A stretch of DNA of 56,075 nt, the filler included, from Platydemus manokwari (lineage: Eukaryota), in NCBI GenBank assembly GCA_037951405.1. It is 5 parts of 5 records of this genome, joined end to end, with 100 filler letters (N's around TTAATTAATTAA, not from the genome) between each part and the next. Parts side by side here need not be neighbours in the genome. Positions count along the whole stretch, not along the records: positions 33,912 to 42,665 come from JBBMOY011355537.1; positions 42,766 to 56,075 come from JBBMOY011763617.1; 3 more parts are not named here. One strand, given 5' to 3'. The notes under the pieces are model-generated. The model was not told the origin of the DNA. It saw only the letters and a list, made by a program, of their open reading frames with translations, and searched no databases. The translations under genes were made by a program, and so were the position numbers. Shown here piece after piece: positions 38,331-49,700 of the stretch; the first letter of the stretch is position 1; each line of letters opens with the position of its first letter.

Positions 38331-38344
38331 GTTACCATGGCAAC
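38331..38344. promoter_or_regulatory. RFX X-box (GTTACCATGGCAAC)
   Basis: Exact match to the canonical ciliary X-box GTTNCCATGGNAAC. Confidence 0.6.
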
Positions 38345-40130
38345 CTTAAGCAATTTTATGGTTAATTTCGTATACCTTTGATTATATTATATTTATTATT
38401 TATTAATCTGACCTGAAAACACATTATCTCCCAATTTCTTTTGGTACCACGGAAATATAGAAACAACATTCACTCAATACCGGTCGCCTCAAAAACCAAT
38501 TGCGAATTTATAAAATCATTGCGTTATCCTCTTATAACGATAACCTATATTTAGTGAGATGCACAGATGATATCATTAATAAATTCGTATTTTCGAAACC
38601 GAAACATTCTGAAAAACTGCGATAGGCTGCAGTCGCTGCAATTTTCTGAAATCAATCCTCACATGCTCAAAATTCAAACCGATTCAGAAACTTTGTTTGA
38701 CTGAAAAGCTCCTAAAATATTTTAGCTCCATTTCTGGCTGTCACAAATCTAAATTATTGTTGGAGAAATTTTCAAACAAAACAAAACACGAGAAACCATA
38801 AATATTTGAGCATTGCCATTGATTTATGTTGAGATTTCAACATAAAATTTTCTCCGCTTTCCAAGAAAAGGAGTAGAATAGATTAAAATTTATTGATTTA
38901 TTGCTAATGACTGGCCTGGAATAATGTTTGCGGGGTAACCGATAATCACTAATCGATTTGAAATGAGTCACGGGTTAGAAGTTTTCAAGACATTGCAGAG
39001 AGAAATGATTTTAAGCGATCGATTGTAAAAATCTCGATAATATGGATTTTATGTCTATTTTTCTGGGTAGCGCATTTTCCTAATTGGAAATTTGTTCTCC
39101 TGTCTCGATCGTTAGATTGATTTCGTTAATTTTTGTTCGATTATTTATTGAATGAAATTTAAACAAAGACTTGGAAAGATAATTCAGTTATAAATCGATC
39201 AGTTAGTAGTGTCCATTTTATTTAGAAACTTTCTAATAAAATCTAGGGCCAATCTATGAGCTCATCGTGTTTCTATTGGGTTTGATTTTTTGTGTTTTAC
39301 ACAGGCCTGTCGAATTGGTAAGAAATTCCGTCAACTAATTGTTTCCACAGGCTCACCGTTTGAGAACAAATAATTCATTTAATTTTTCATCAATCATAAT
39401 TTATTCATAGAAAATCAATGAAAGAAAATTCAATAACAGAAAAATAATGATTTCGAAATTCAAAATTGAAGTACACAAAGGTCAATGAATAAAAACAAAT
39501 CAATACTGAATTCAAAAATCAAAGCATTTTTTCATTTATTAATTAAAAAGCCTCATCAACACATCATAACACTTGCTGGAAAGAATTAGTTTTATGATTT
39601 GTCCTTCAAATTGTTGGGTTAAATTGAGAGATATTTGATCACATCGCACTAAAAGAAAAACGGAATTATCATTGATTTCCATTTACATTTGTTAATTGAT
39701 ACGATTATTGGTTGATTCTTGTTTTACTGAAATAGTTTCGATATTAATTTACTAATTATTAAAAATCATTATTGAGCTTACTTTCAAAAGTCAGTAGTAG
39801 ATTTGTTCGTCATTATTTGATTCTAAGACATGAAAATAAACAATTATTTGATCCTCAATCGATAAATCAATTTCTCATCAAAAAATACTAAAACAATATT
39901 TAATAATCAATAATCATCATCATCATAATCACCATCGTTATTATCGATTATTTGTAGATAATAAACACAACAGATAATTTTCATATGTTAAAAGCACATA
40001 CGACAGAGAGTCTTATAAAAGGAGATCCTCTGTTTGCGGCAGAGAACAAATGCAAAAACATAAACTAACCGCAAGTGAGTGGGCAGTTATAAAACAGTAG
40101 TTAATCAATTAATTTAATTGTTATCATAGC

Positions 40131-41219
40131 CTATTGACTTGGTTTAGAAGTCCATATTAAGCAGCTGGAATCCCAGGATCCAGTAGCAATTCCGACCCCG
40201 TTGGGACTCACGGAAACGCAACTGACGCGACCATCGTGTGCTGACATGATTCCAACTCGCTCTTCACGCAACACATCCCAAACGTGACAATTATAATCGT
40301 CGTAGCCGGCAATTAAAAGTCGTCCAGATTTGCTGAGACTCACACTGGTGCTACCGCACGTGATATAATCATCGGTGTAAACGGCGATTGATTGATCGGC
40401 TCGTGCATCCCACAACCGACACGTTCCATCGTCTGAAGACGTAACAAACCCATAGATGTCTTTCGGGAAAAATTCCACCCCATTCACATCTTCTGTGTGG
40501 CCTTCGAAAATTTGACAGCACTTCTGAGTTCGAATGTCCCACAGTCGACACGATTTATCGGACGAAACGGAAACAAATGTATCTGATCTAGAAGAAGACA
40601 ACGCAATGGCAGTAACATCGTTCTGGTGGCCGAGAAAATGTGCTATAGCTTTACCGCCGGCTGAAATGTCCCATAAAATGCAATTCTTATCACCCGAAGA
40701 GGATATTAGTGTAGAATCAGTAATGAATTTGCAATTGGAAATATATCCCTTGTGGTCTTTGAGTTCGACGATGGGTTTCGTCAAACTATCGATATTAGCA
40801 ATATTGAAGATTGAAATAACATTGTCGAGTCCACCACTGGAAACGAGTTTCATGTTCGGGGAAATTCCACAGCCGATGACCCATGGAATCTCGAGTGGAA
40901 TCATGTGAATTTTGTTTGCAGTGTGAGTGTCCCATATGAACAACTTGCCATCTTGAGACGCCGACACAAGCAGTTGACTGTCTTGTGCCCAGCATATACC
41001 AGTGATTTTCGACAGGTGACCATGGAGCTGTTTGCGGACTTTGAATTTGATTCTTCCCAATTCTTTCACATGTTCTGTCATTTTGAAATAGTCCGTGTCC
41101 TGCACAGCTTGTCGAGCTATATCCAACTGCTCTTTGATCTTTTCAATTTCCTGTGTTAACTTCTTTTCTTCCACTGAGATCTCCTCTTCGGCATTCACAT
41201 GGTTAGACGAAGTCTCCAT
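40131..41219 (-). CDS. GNB: Heterotrimeric G-protein beta subunit, divergent, intronless (362 aa)
   Basis: N-terminal coiled coil followed by seven WD40 repeats with G-beta signatures: GHLSKI, LLVSASQDGKLFIWD, GGLDN, GHTEDVN, TSSDDGTCRLWD, AGYDDYNCHVWD, HDGRVSC, ATGSWDS. Single open frame from ATG to stop. Confidence 0.95.
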   Translation of the reverse strand: METSSNHVNAEEEISVEEKKLTQEIEKIKEQLDIARQAVQDTDYFKMTEHVKELGRIKFKVRKQLHGHLSKITGICWAQDSQLLVSASQDGKLFIWDTHTANKIHMIPLEIPWVIGCGISPNMKLVSSGGLDNVISIFNIANIDSLTKPIVELKDHKGYISNCKFITDSTLISSSGDKNCILWDISAGGKAIAHFLGHQNDVTAIALSSSRSDTFVSVSSDKSCRLWDIRTQKCCQIFEGHTEDVNGVEFFPKDIYGFVTSSDDGTCRLWDARADQSIAVYTDDYITCGSTSVSLSKSGRLLIAGYDDYNCHVWDVLREERVGIMSAHDGRVSCVSVSPNGVGIATGSWDSSCLIWTSKPSQ

Positions 41220-42591
41220 TGAATAATCGGATTATAATCTATCAGAGAGTCAAATGTTTATTAGTGTATCGATCGAAACTCTATTGAAATAGTGTAAAAT
41301 TCAATTCATTGGCACATATGTCAATACACAAGCATAATTTGTTCTTTATTCCACATTAAAATTAATAAAGCACGTATGAAATGTAATTCATATTAATCGA
41401 TTGGCATGCGAACTATACATACGGATAAGGACACACACTAACAGTCTCTAATTACTTTGTCGATTACAATTTTAAAATTTCTTCAATAGAGTGTGAGAAC
41501 AAATTATCAAACCAGCCAATCACAATCAAACAGGAAGATAGGAATTATTTTTCTGTTCTGTCTTAAAATAGAAATCTATAAATGCGTTAAAATGTAATGC
41601 AATCACAACCCGAACATCATCACACAATAGATGAGATAAACATTGCGTGCATGTGTGTATGCTTATGGAATAATGATCGATTCTCTGTGACACTTGTTTC
41701 TGAGTAAAAGATTTTTCACAAGTTTTCGTTGGATTGAATATTTTATTTTCATTCAATGAGCTTGTAGAACGAGGTGAAAGTCTGGGATGACAAATGTTTC
41801 ATTTCAGGTGGCATTTCGATGATGATGTAATAATAAATCTATGATGTCATACATATTTGAACATTATTAATATAAACAATGAAAATATTTCATTAATGTT
41901 TAAATCCACTTTCCACAATTGGAGAAATTGTTCCAATAAATGGAGAAATCTTGTCCATTGGAGTGTCAGTATGTGCGAGTGTGCTAAAAATTAAAAATAT
42001 AGAAAATGATCGCGACACGGATAAATGGCGACTGAACCATATGAGAGAACCAAAATCGATTTATCAAGAATGAATCAATACGTATCACCAATCCATTATG
42101 TAATCACGTGTGAAGCTGATATAAATTTAGAAAAATCTTTTAGCGTTATTTCTGACCAAATGAATTTTTTTGTAAATCATATTATTCGATAAATCAATCG
42201 AAAACATTTCTAAAATAATTATCTATTATTCCGATTTGGTCAACTCGAAACACTGTTCTTATCGTCTTAATAAATTATCAGATGAAAAAATAATCGATTT
42301 ATTCATTCGACTGTGAATTGATATTTGGTGTGGAAAATTATTCGATTTGCTTCTAGCAATTTGTTGTATGCAAAAGGAGAAAAATGCTTTAGTTTGCAAA
42401 GTAATTTTACGAGAATTTCAACTGGAAAGGCTTTCCAGAATTAAAGAGCGAGTCAGGATGATGCTAATGTTAGCATTTATTATTGTTATGGTTGTGAGAG
42501 ATTCGTAATGGAAATATTACGATTACAACGGGTAAACGGTTTTAAGACAGGTCTTCAAGTTTTATAAAATCTGTAGTTCATTCGATCCCTC

Positions 42592-42592
42592 A

Positions 42593-42665
<73 letters not shown>
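42592..42665. repeat. (ATT)n microsatellite at contig end
   Basis: Perfect ATT run into the linker. Confidence 0.95.
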
Positions 42666-42765
42666 NNNNNNNNNNNNNNNNNNNNNNNNNNNNNNNNNNN
42701 NNNNNNNNNTTAATTAATTAANNNNNNNNNNNNNNNNNNNNNNNNNNNNNNNNNNNNNNNNNNNN
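42666..42765. other. Artificial scaffold linker (44N-TTAATTAATTAA-44N)
   Basis: Same 100-nt linker. Confidence 0.97.
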
Positions 42766-43078
42766 AAGTATATCTACATGGACAATTCAAAATGTACACT
42801 TAACAAGCCGAATTTGTGTAATCGTTAAACTCAGTTTCATAAATTAATAGCTTAAGTAAAAAACAAATTATTTAATAACGATATGGTATTTTTAAACTTA
42901 AAATGAGGTCATATATATTCCTTAATTTCATATTTAAATTAAATGGAACTTATCTTGTTTTAATTATTGAACTGAAGTTTTTCAAACGACAGTCGTTTAA
43001 AATAGAATTTTATAATTGTTGTTAAAAGTCCAGATTTTTAATAAATCTATTGATTATTTTGTTGCACATTAAAATCAA

Positions 43079-44694
43079 ATGGGAGGACTTAATAGCTACC
43101 TAATTGGTTGTTGCAACTCAAATAACAACTGCCCTGAAAATCACTGCAAATTAAAAATTAGTAATTCAAACAGAAGTTTTACATTTAATAAAATTGAAGA
43201 AAGTGATTATCAAGTTAGTTATATATTTTATAAAACTTTTTTCAGAATTGGGATAGATTTTTATCTACCTTTTGTTAGGAACCATTATGTAACGAATTCT
43301 CCAACAGTTTATCAACGGGCTTTGTTGATATCAATACTGCTTCAGAAGAGATCTTAATGACACTTCCTGGAGTAAACAGAAGTATAGCCCATGATATAGT
43401 AATACACAGAAATCAGATTGGAAAATTTGAAAAAGTTGAAGACCTTGTCCTAGTGAATGGAATTGGTGCTGCTAAATTTAAAGTATTGATGGTTTTAGCT
43501 AATTTTAGATTCATTGTGATTTTAATAGCTTATCAAACCAGAAATTTCAATAGAATCTAGTTCTAACGCTAAAGAAAATGTTATATTTATTAATCAATTC
43601 GATGTTTTCCAATTAACCATGGTAATAATTATATAGTCTATATAAAATATTAACTTGCACTTTCCAAGATTTCGGGTTTTACTCAGACTTTGGCAGAACG
43701 CATTATTCGTTATAGAGATAAAAAAGGTCCATTTAAATCAATCAAAGATCTTCTACTAGTTCGTGGTTTGAATATCAAATTTCTAAAATCTATTAAGCCT
43801 TGTGTTCAATTTAATCTCTCCGAAGAAACTAGGAATTATAATGGAATAAAAAATCATTACTCTTCAGAGAAAGGGTAATTTTGTGTTTTTTTAAAACAAA
43901 CTTAATATACAATATAATATTGATAATCTATTGATTAATTTAGTACAATGTATTATTATTATATTATAAAAGATCACCATATCGTTATGGTAACTTAATA
44001 ACCATTCATCTATTAGTATTGATTATAATTATAATTTCCGTAGTAACATCAATGTTTTAATGTAGATTTCTATTATAGTGAAATTTTACTACAGATTTTT
44101 AGCCAATGAATCTATTATTAATTTCCAAGCAGAGTCTGAAATGGAATTTAAATATTCATTGTGTATTTGGAAAATCGAAGATAATATTATCAGTGATGAT
44201 GTAATAAAAAATCCATTTCCTAAGGAAAACCCGACTATATTAATTCTTTTATACTCAGCATCAAATTCAGTGTCTGTGAAACTAGTTGTTAACATTGTAT
44301 TCGTTGGCCTTATAATGCGCCTTTTTAGATCCACCGGAAGTTGAATGAAAATTATGGAGACGATTATTTCAGCATTGTTAAATGTAATGTTAGTGATAAT
44401 TGTAGTCACAACAATACAAATAAAAAATTGGTCATCATTTCAAATGTCTCTCATTATGCCAAACGGATTTACTTAAATTCTTTGATTGAAGATCAAATAA
44501 CAAGTTTTATATTAACAATAGAGGTAGAGCAGAATGTATTCAAATTATAATGTTAAATTCAATATGTTGTAACATTCAGACACAGAATCAATCCATCAAT
44601 TGTGTTGTACTATATCGCTCTCTTACTAAAGATTCCGTAAATAATGACGATCAGATGGAGATTATTAATGAAATTTCTACAAAATTAAAAGCCG
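43079..44694 (+). CDS. EEPD1: EEPD1-like protein (myristoylation motif, two ComEA-type helix-hairpin-helix domains, divergent EEP region); 3' end uncertain
   Basis: Exons: 43079-43213 (MGGLNSYLIGCC), 43279-43482 (VDINTASEEILMTLPGVNRSIAHDIVIHRNQIGKFEKVEDLVLVNGIGAAKFK), 43529-43621, 43669-43874 (ISGFTQTLAERIIRYRDKKGPFKSIKDLLLVRGL), 44095-44284, 44329-44523, 44580-44694. Phases are consistent, and the N-terminal architecture matches EEPD1. Confidence 0.8.
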
Positions 44695-45792
44695 GTAAAT
44701 ATTTAATAATTGCACAATAATAATTTAAAATCACTTAATCACTCACTCAAATATATGACTATCTTGATAACACTTCATTATAGCATTGTTGTGATTTATT
44801 GTGTTTGTTTACAAACGTATATCAATTATTATCCAAATCCATGGGTGTTTAATAATTTTTAAGCTGCTTTTGATGCTGAATAACTTCATATTGAATTCGC
44901 CATTTTTTGTTGTGTGAAATTCTAAAATGGTGTTGTTTCATTGGCCGATTGTTTGATTGGTCAGTTAATGATTTTGTTTATCAAAGCTTGTACTAAGAAA
45001 TGTGTTGATTTCAATAGATAATTATAATAATAAATCTTTGTGATGTTTATACTAATATTGATGATAACAACTGTACAACAGTCAGTATGATATGTAATGA
45101 ATGTATTGATGAATTTCATGCACTTGATTTAGAGTTCGTGTATTATTACAATATTTGCCGTATTATAAAAATCAATAAGAACTAAATAGCAATTTTTTTA
45201 GGATTTAAACCAAAAAAATATTAATTTATTAATGATTTTATAAATTTTGTACAAACTGTTATTCTTTAGTCTTTTGTAACGGTGGTTTGGATATTGGGAA
45301 ATTATTTTTGGAGATTTTCATGAAAAGTTTTCACAACGTTATTGGTTATTTTGAAATGAAATATCTCTCGAAACAATATTGAATTGTAGAAATATGAAAT
45401 TTGTGATGAATCAGATAATATAAACAAATGATAAATTGGTCACAATGAATACATTATATTAGTACATTATATATATTTATACATTCCATGAGTCACATAA
45501 GTGATTGAGATGAAGAGATTTTGAAATAGTGATTTATTGTTTATATTCAGCAAATAACAACCCACACGTTCATTTTATTTTCTTCAATATCTTCAAATCA
45601 ATCAATTGTTCTACAAGTTTCTGGTTGATTCCTATTTATAAACCATTATTTTCGAATATTTCTCTAATTGATCATATATATATATATATAATTGTTTATC
45701 ATTCTGTCAGAGAATTATTTATTTCAATATAAGCTCCTTGTATTCATTCTTAATATGACAAATATTTCTTTATATCAATTTATTAATATCAT

Positions 45793-46355
45793 TATTAGCC
45801 GTTACTATTTTAAATACCACAATATTTTAAAAACGAACTGAAAAGTCACGACATCAAATTCTATTTTAAATACAATTATTTAAACAAATAAATATAATTT
45901 TTTTTACAAAATTAAATTTTCGAAAATTAAATTTTAAATGCTCACATCCTCCTTTCTTTAAAATCTTTGATTTTCATTGTATTCTTAATTGTATCTGCAT
46001 CGAAATCTCTAGTTTTTCTACCTGTATTATATCTTTTCTTATTCTTTATATCTTCCCTAATTCTTCTTTATATCTTCTTTTATCTTCTCGACATCTTATT
46101 TATATCTGTATATATTGTATATTTAGTCTCAACGTAGTTCTCCTTCTTTTCCTTAATTTTCAGTCATTGATCTTCTCATAATCGAATCCTGATGCATGGT
46201 CTCCACGTAAGCCGTTAATATTTTAAAAAATATTTAAAACGAACTGAAAAGTCATGACATCAAGTTCTATTTTGAATATAAATATTTAAACAAATAAATA
46301 TAATTTTATACAAAATTAAATCTTCGAAATTTAAATTCAATTTTAAATGCTGACA
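45793..46355 (-). mobile_element. TRIM (miniature non-autonomous LTR retrotransposon), older copy, 563 bp
   Basis: 5' LTR 46355-46206 and 3' LTR 45946-45793 (about 150 bp each, starting TGT). PBS-like TGGAGACCATGC lies directly after the 5' LTR, PPT AAAGAAAGGAGGA directly before the 3' LTR, and a 5-bp TSD ATCAT at 45788-45792 and 46356-46360. Confidence 0.85.
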
Positions 46356-46699
46356 ATCATAAATAATCTCGTAATTCAAACATTAATAATCTTAATTAGA
46401 TTCATTATCAATATTATATTAAATATTGCTGAGATACTTGTAATCATATGATTATTTGATATTATTTTATCTAGTTTTATATCACTAGTGGACAAATTTT
46501 TATTCATTGGGCATAATTTGGTGTTGTCCTGTTAATCTTATGTTTTCATTTTAATTTATTTTTATCACCTTTATATGAAAATTATCTCAATCATTATGTT
46601 AATATTGTAATCTTAATATAATAAATATTCTTGGAGCATTGAAGCATTTATTTTGTTGATTTCCCTTCGTTTGAATGAAAGTTTAGATAAAAAATCGTA

Positions 46700-46736
<37 letters not shown>
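46700..46736. repeat. (AAT)n microsatellite
   Basis: About 11 AAT units. Confidence 0.9.
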
Positions 46737-46737
<1 letters not shown>

Positions 46738-49700
46738 AATTAATATATTACCGATGTTTAACCGCAAATTCATTAACAAAACATTTCACTATTAAGGTTG
46801 ATGACATGTGCACCCTTGTTTTAAATATCAAATAAGTTCTGAAATCATATTAACCTAATTAGTTCAAAGTATTATAGTCATCAATGTAAATTCAAATATA
46901 GATGAGAAAATTTAACCTTATACAGTTCATCTGAAAACAGTATTGAAACAATATTGAAATATATAAATGATACCTGAAATCATATTGAGGTTAGCATTAT
47001 ATAATTAATTATATATTTGCTATTGGGTTATTTCGGATAAATTTTTGTACTATTAAAACAAATAATTATATAATGTTAACTTCATTATAATTAATTATAT
47101 TATTTATATATCATGATATTTCTCGTTATTGTTTTATTATATTTTGAAATTATTTATTTTATATTAAAATGTTCAATCATTTTCAGATGGTGTTAATTCA
47201 TTTATTTTTCTTTACGATTCGTTGGATATGGCAAATTTAGGTTGGTTTGTAATTTCATCATTGGTTTGTATAACTTGGAAAATGTTTCTTTTAATATAAA
47301 TCTACAAAACTCAATAATCAATAATTTTATTCATATTTTTATCATAAAATTACCTATTAATTAAATGACTTGTAATAGATTTGGTTTTTATAACTTAATC
47401 ATGTCTATCACATATACACATGCTATTAAAGATTTGCTACACATTATAAATAAATAATTTCCCTAATAATTAAATCAGTGTTTTATCAAACTTTTGAGAT
47501 GTGTGATTGCAGTCAACACTTAAAATTCGTTTACGATCTCAATAGTATCTTAAAATTTAAATTTGATAAGTATATTTTTAAATAAAAGAATGAAGACTTA
47601 ATATATTATTTATTAGGGTTTGCTGATTAGATCTTTTCTAAATACAACGCACATAGACCAGTTTAAAAAATTTTTCTACTAATCAGTATAAGATAGGACC
47701 TTGAATCAATCATTTAATGATTCATACTTTGATGTAATCAAATTCTCATCCATTTCACTGAACTTCATATCAGTCCTGTAGCTATTGGTTGCGCACCTTT
47801 AAAAGACTGATATTAAAATGTTTATTTGATAACGTTCATCAATTAACAATTAATCAACATAACTAAATATTAAAATTATTTCCAGTTATAATTTAATTAT
47901 TTTAATTAATTTTGGTTATACAGTATCTTCATTGAATTTAGAGATTGGATTCTTTTCAGAATATTAGAAATATCATGTTATATTTATCGAGCCTAAAAGT
48001 TGAGAATTTATAATTATATTGAAGTTACAGAAAACTTGGAATTACTTATTTCACTTAGAATGTTTTATTCTGTTAAATATTTGTAATACTTATATAATAT
48101 GTATTGAAGAGATATTATTTCCAATAATGATTTGCTTATTATAAAAATGTTTCAGAAGTAAGAGAGAAAAAGCGATTATACTAAAAAAAACAAATGAAAA
48201 TTTAATTAATTCATTATATTTTGATTAAAAAATGTATAGTTAATGGTAAAATTCCATACTTGTTCATGATAAATGTTCATGTATCAAGTGCTACTATCTA
48301 ATCATACCAGATGACACTACAATTTCTAAATATTTTTACATCTAATCGGATGTTTTATCAAGCTTAGAGAGACGGAAACACATAAAATTTATCTCTGATT
48401 AATTTGTTATTTGGTTTTAAAAGTGATTAAAAATCTTGATTCAGCATCGAAAGTATTTCAAAACCATGAATTCAATTGCATTAATAATGTTAGTGGAGAC
48501 AATACAAAAGATGTATGGTCAGTAAATCAATTCTCAAACCATCAGGAAGTCCCTTCAAATTTACAAATCCAAATGAAGCAGTCAGTATTAGCACTCACCA
48601 AAGATGTTATTCAGTACTGTTTTGATTTCATTATTCCATTGTACTAAGATCTTTTTCTAATTTTCAAAATGTGTTTTAGATTTATTTTTCATTGGTTTAT
48701 GAATACCTTTATAATTTTGATAATAAATATTACATTTTGTTTTTAACATTTATTTAATATTAAAGAATTATTTATAAAATATCTTTCATTAAATAATGAA
48801 CTATACATCGATATATGTATGTGTCTATGAGTGTGTTTCACTTCATGATATTTTATATTATTGGTTTGAAATTTTTTTATATTTTTCTTTGGTTTTTAAG
48901 GTTTTTTAGTTTCGATCAAGTACTCTTCAGTTGGGCTTGTTTTCAGAAAACTAAGCAGAAGTTGGTTTTGAAATTAAAAAACCCTTTCTAAAAAATAGCA
49001 CATTGAATTTTTTCTTTTGATATCAATTCAATCCCATAAATAATCATCTCATTTCCAATCACCAAGACCATTGTAAACTATTTAATGAAATTAAATTTAA
49101 GATTTCTTACTTCTGTATTCCGAAAAACTAATCAAGTAATATTCTTTTATTGTTTCCTTTTTTGAAATAACTATTACATTTTTATTAAAAAATTAGAGCA
49201 TTGTTTATCTTTTAAACCATCGTTTAAACCACCAGAGCATATTAAAAACTATTATTGTTTAAATGAGGTTTTAGGATATCAATGAATTAACGGTAAATTA
49301 TTGTAAATAATATTTCCAAATATTATTCATGTTTAGATTCATTAAAGTTTTCTCAATTGACAATTGTATTCTCAATCATTCACTTTATGGTTTTCACTTT
49401 ATAATCCAACAGAACAGTAATTTTTGATAATATTTTTCGTCATATTTCTATACAGCGATATCATTTTAAAATGAAAGTTCATCACTGGGTATCAATTTGT
49501 GAATAAATGGTAATCATCAAAGCTATTTTTACATATTGTAAAAATGCTTCTGATATTTTTATCATTATCATATCTTTTGACTCGTAAACATTAACAATTC
49601 CAAGAGAGTTGCAAAGAGTCATCGGTGCAATATATATTAGAATAATCTTTCGACATTTTATTCGAAGTATTATTCTTCTAAAATGTTTTAAAGTTAGATT

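Noticed and set aside
40369-41159. Several overlapping ORFs on both strands within the G-beta gene
   Set aside because: Shadow ORFs of a GC-richer coding region, with no recognisable motifs.
41896-41994. Short ORF containing CSNKWRNL, reminiscent of a Myb/SANT-like trihelix motif
   Set aside because: Only 32 codons with no other supporting helices or transposase nearby; compatible with chance.
14205-42765. Four identical TTAATTAATTAA motifs flanked by N, at roughly 9-10 kb spacing
   Set aside because: Each is centred in exactly 44 N + 44 N and supplies stops in six frames, so it is an assembly linker, not biology.
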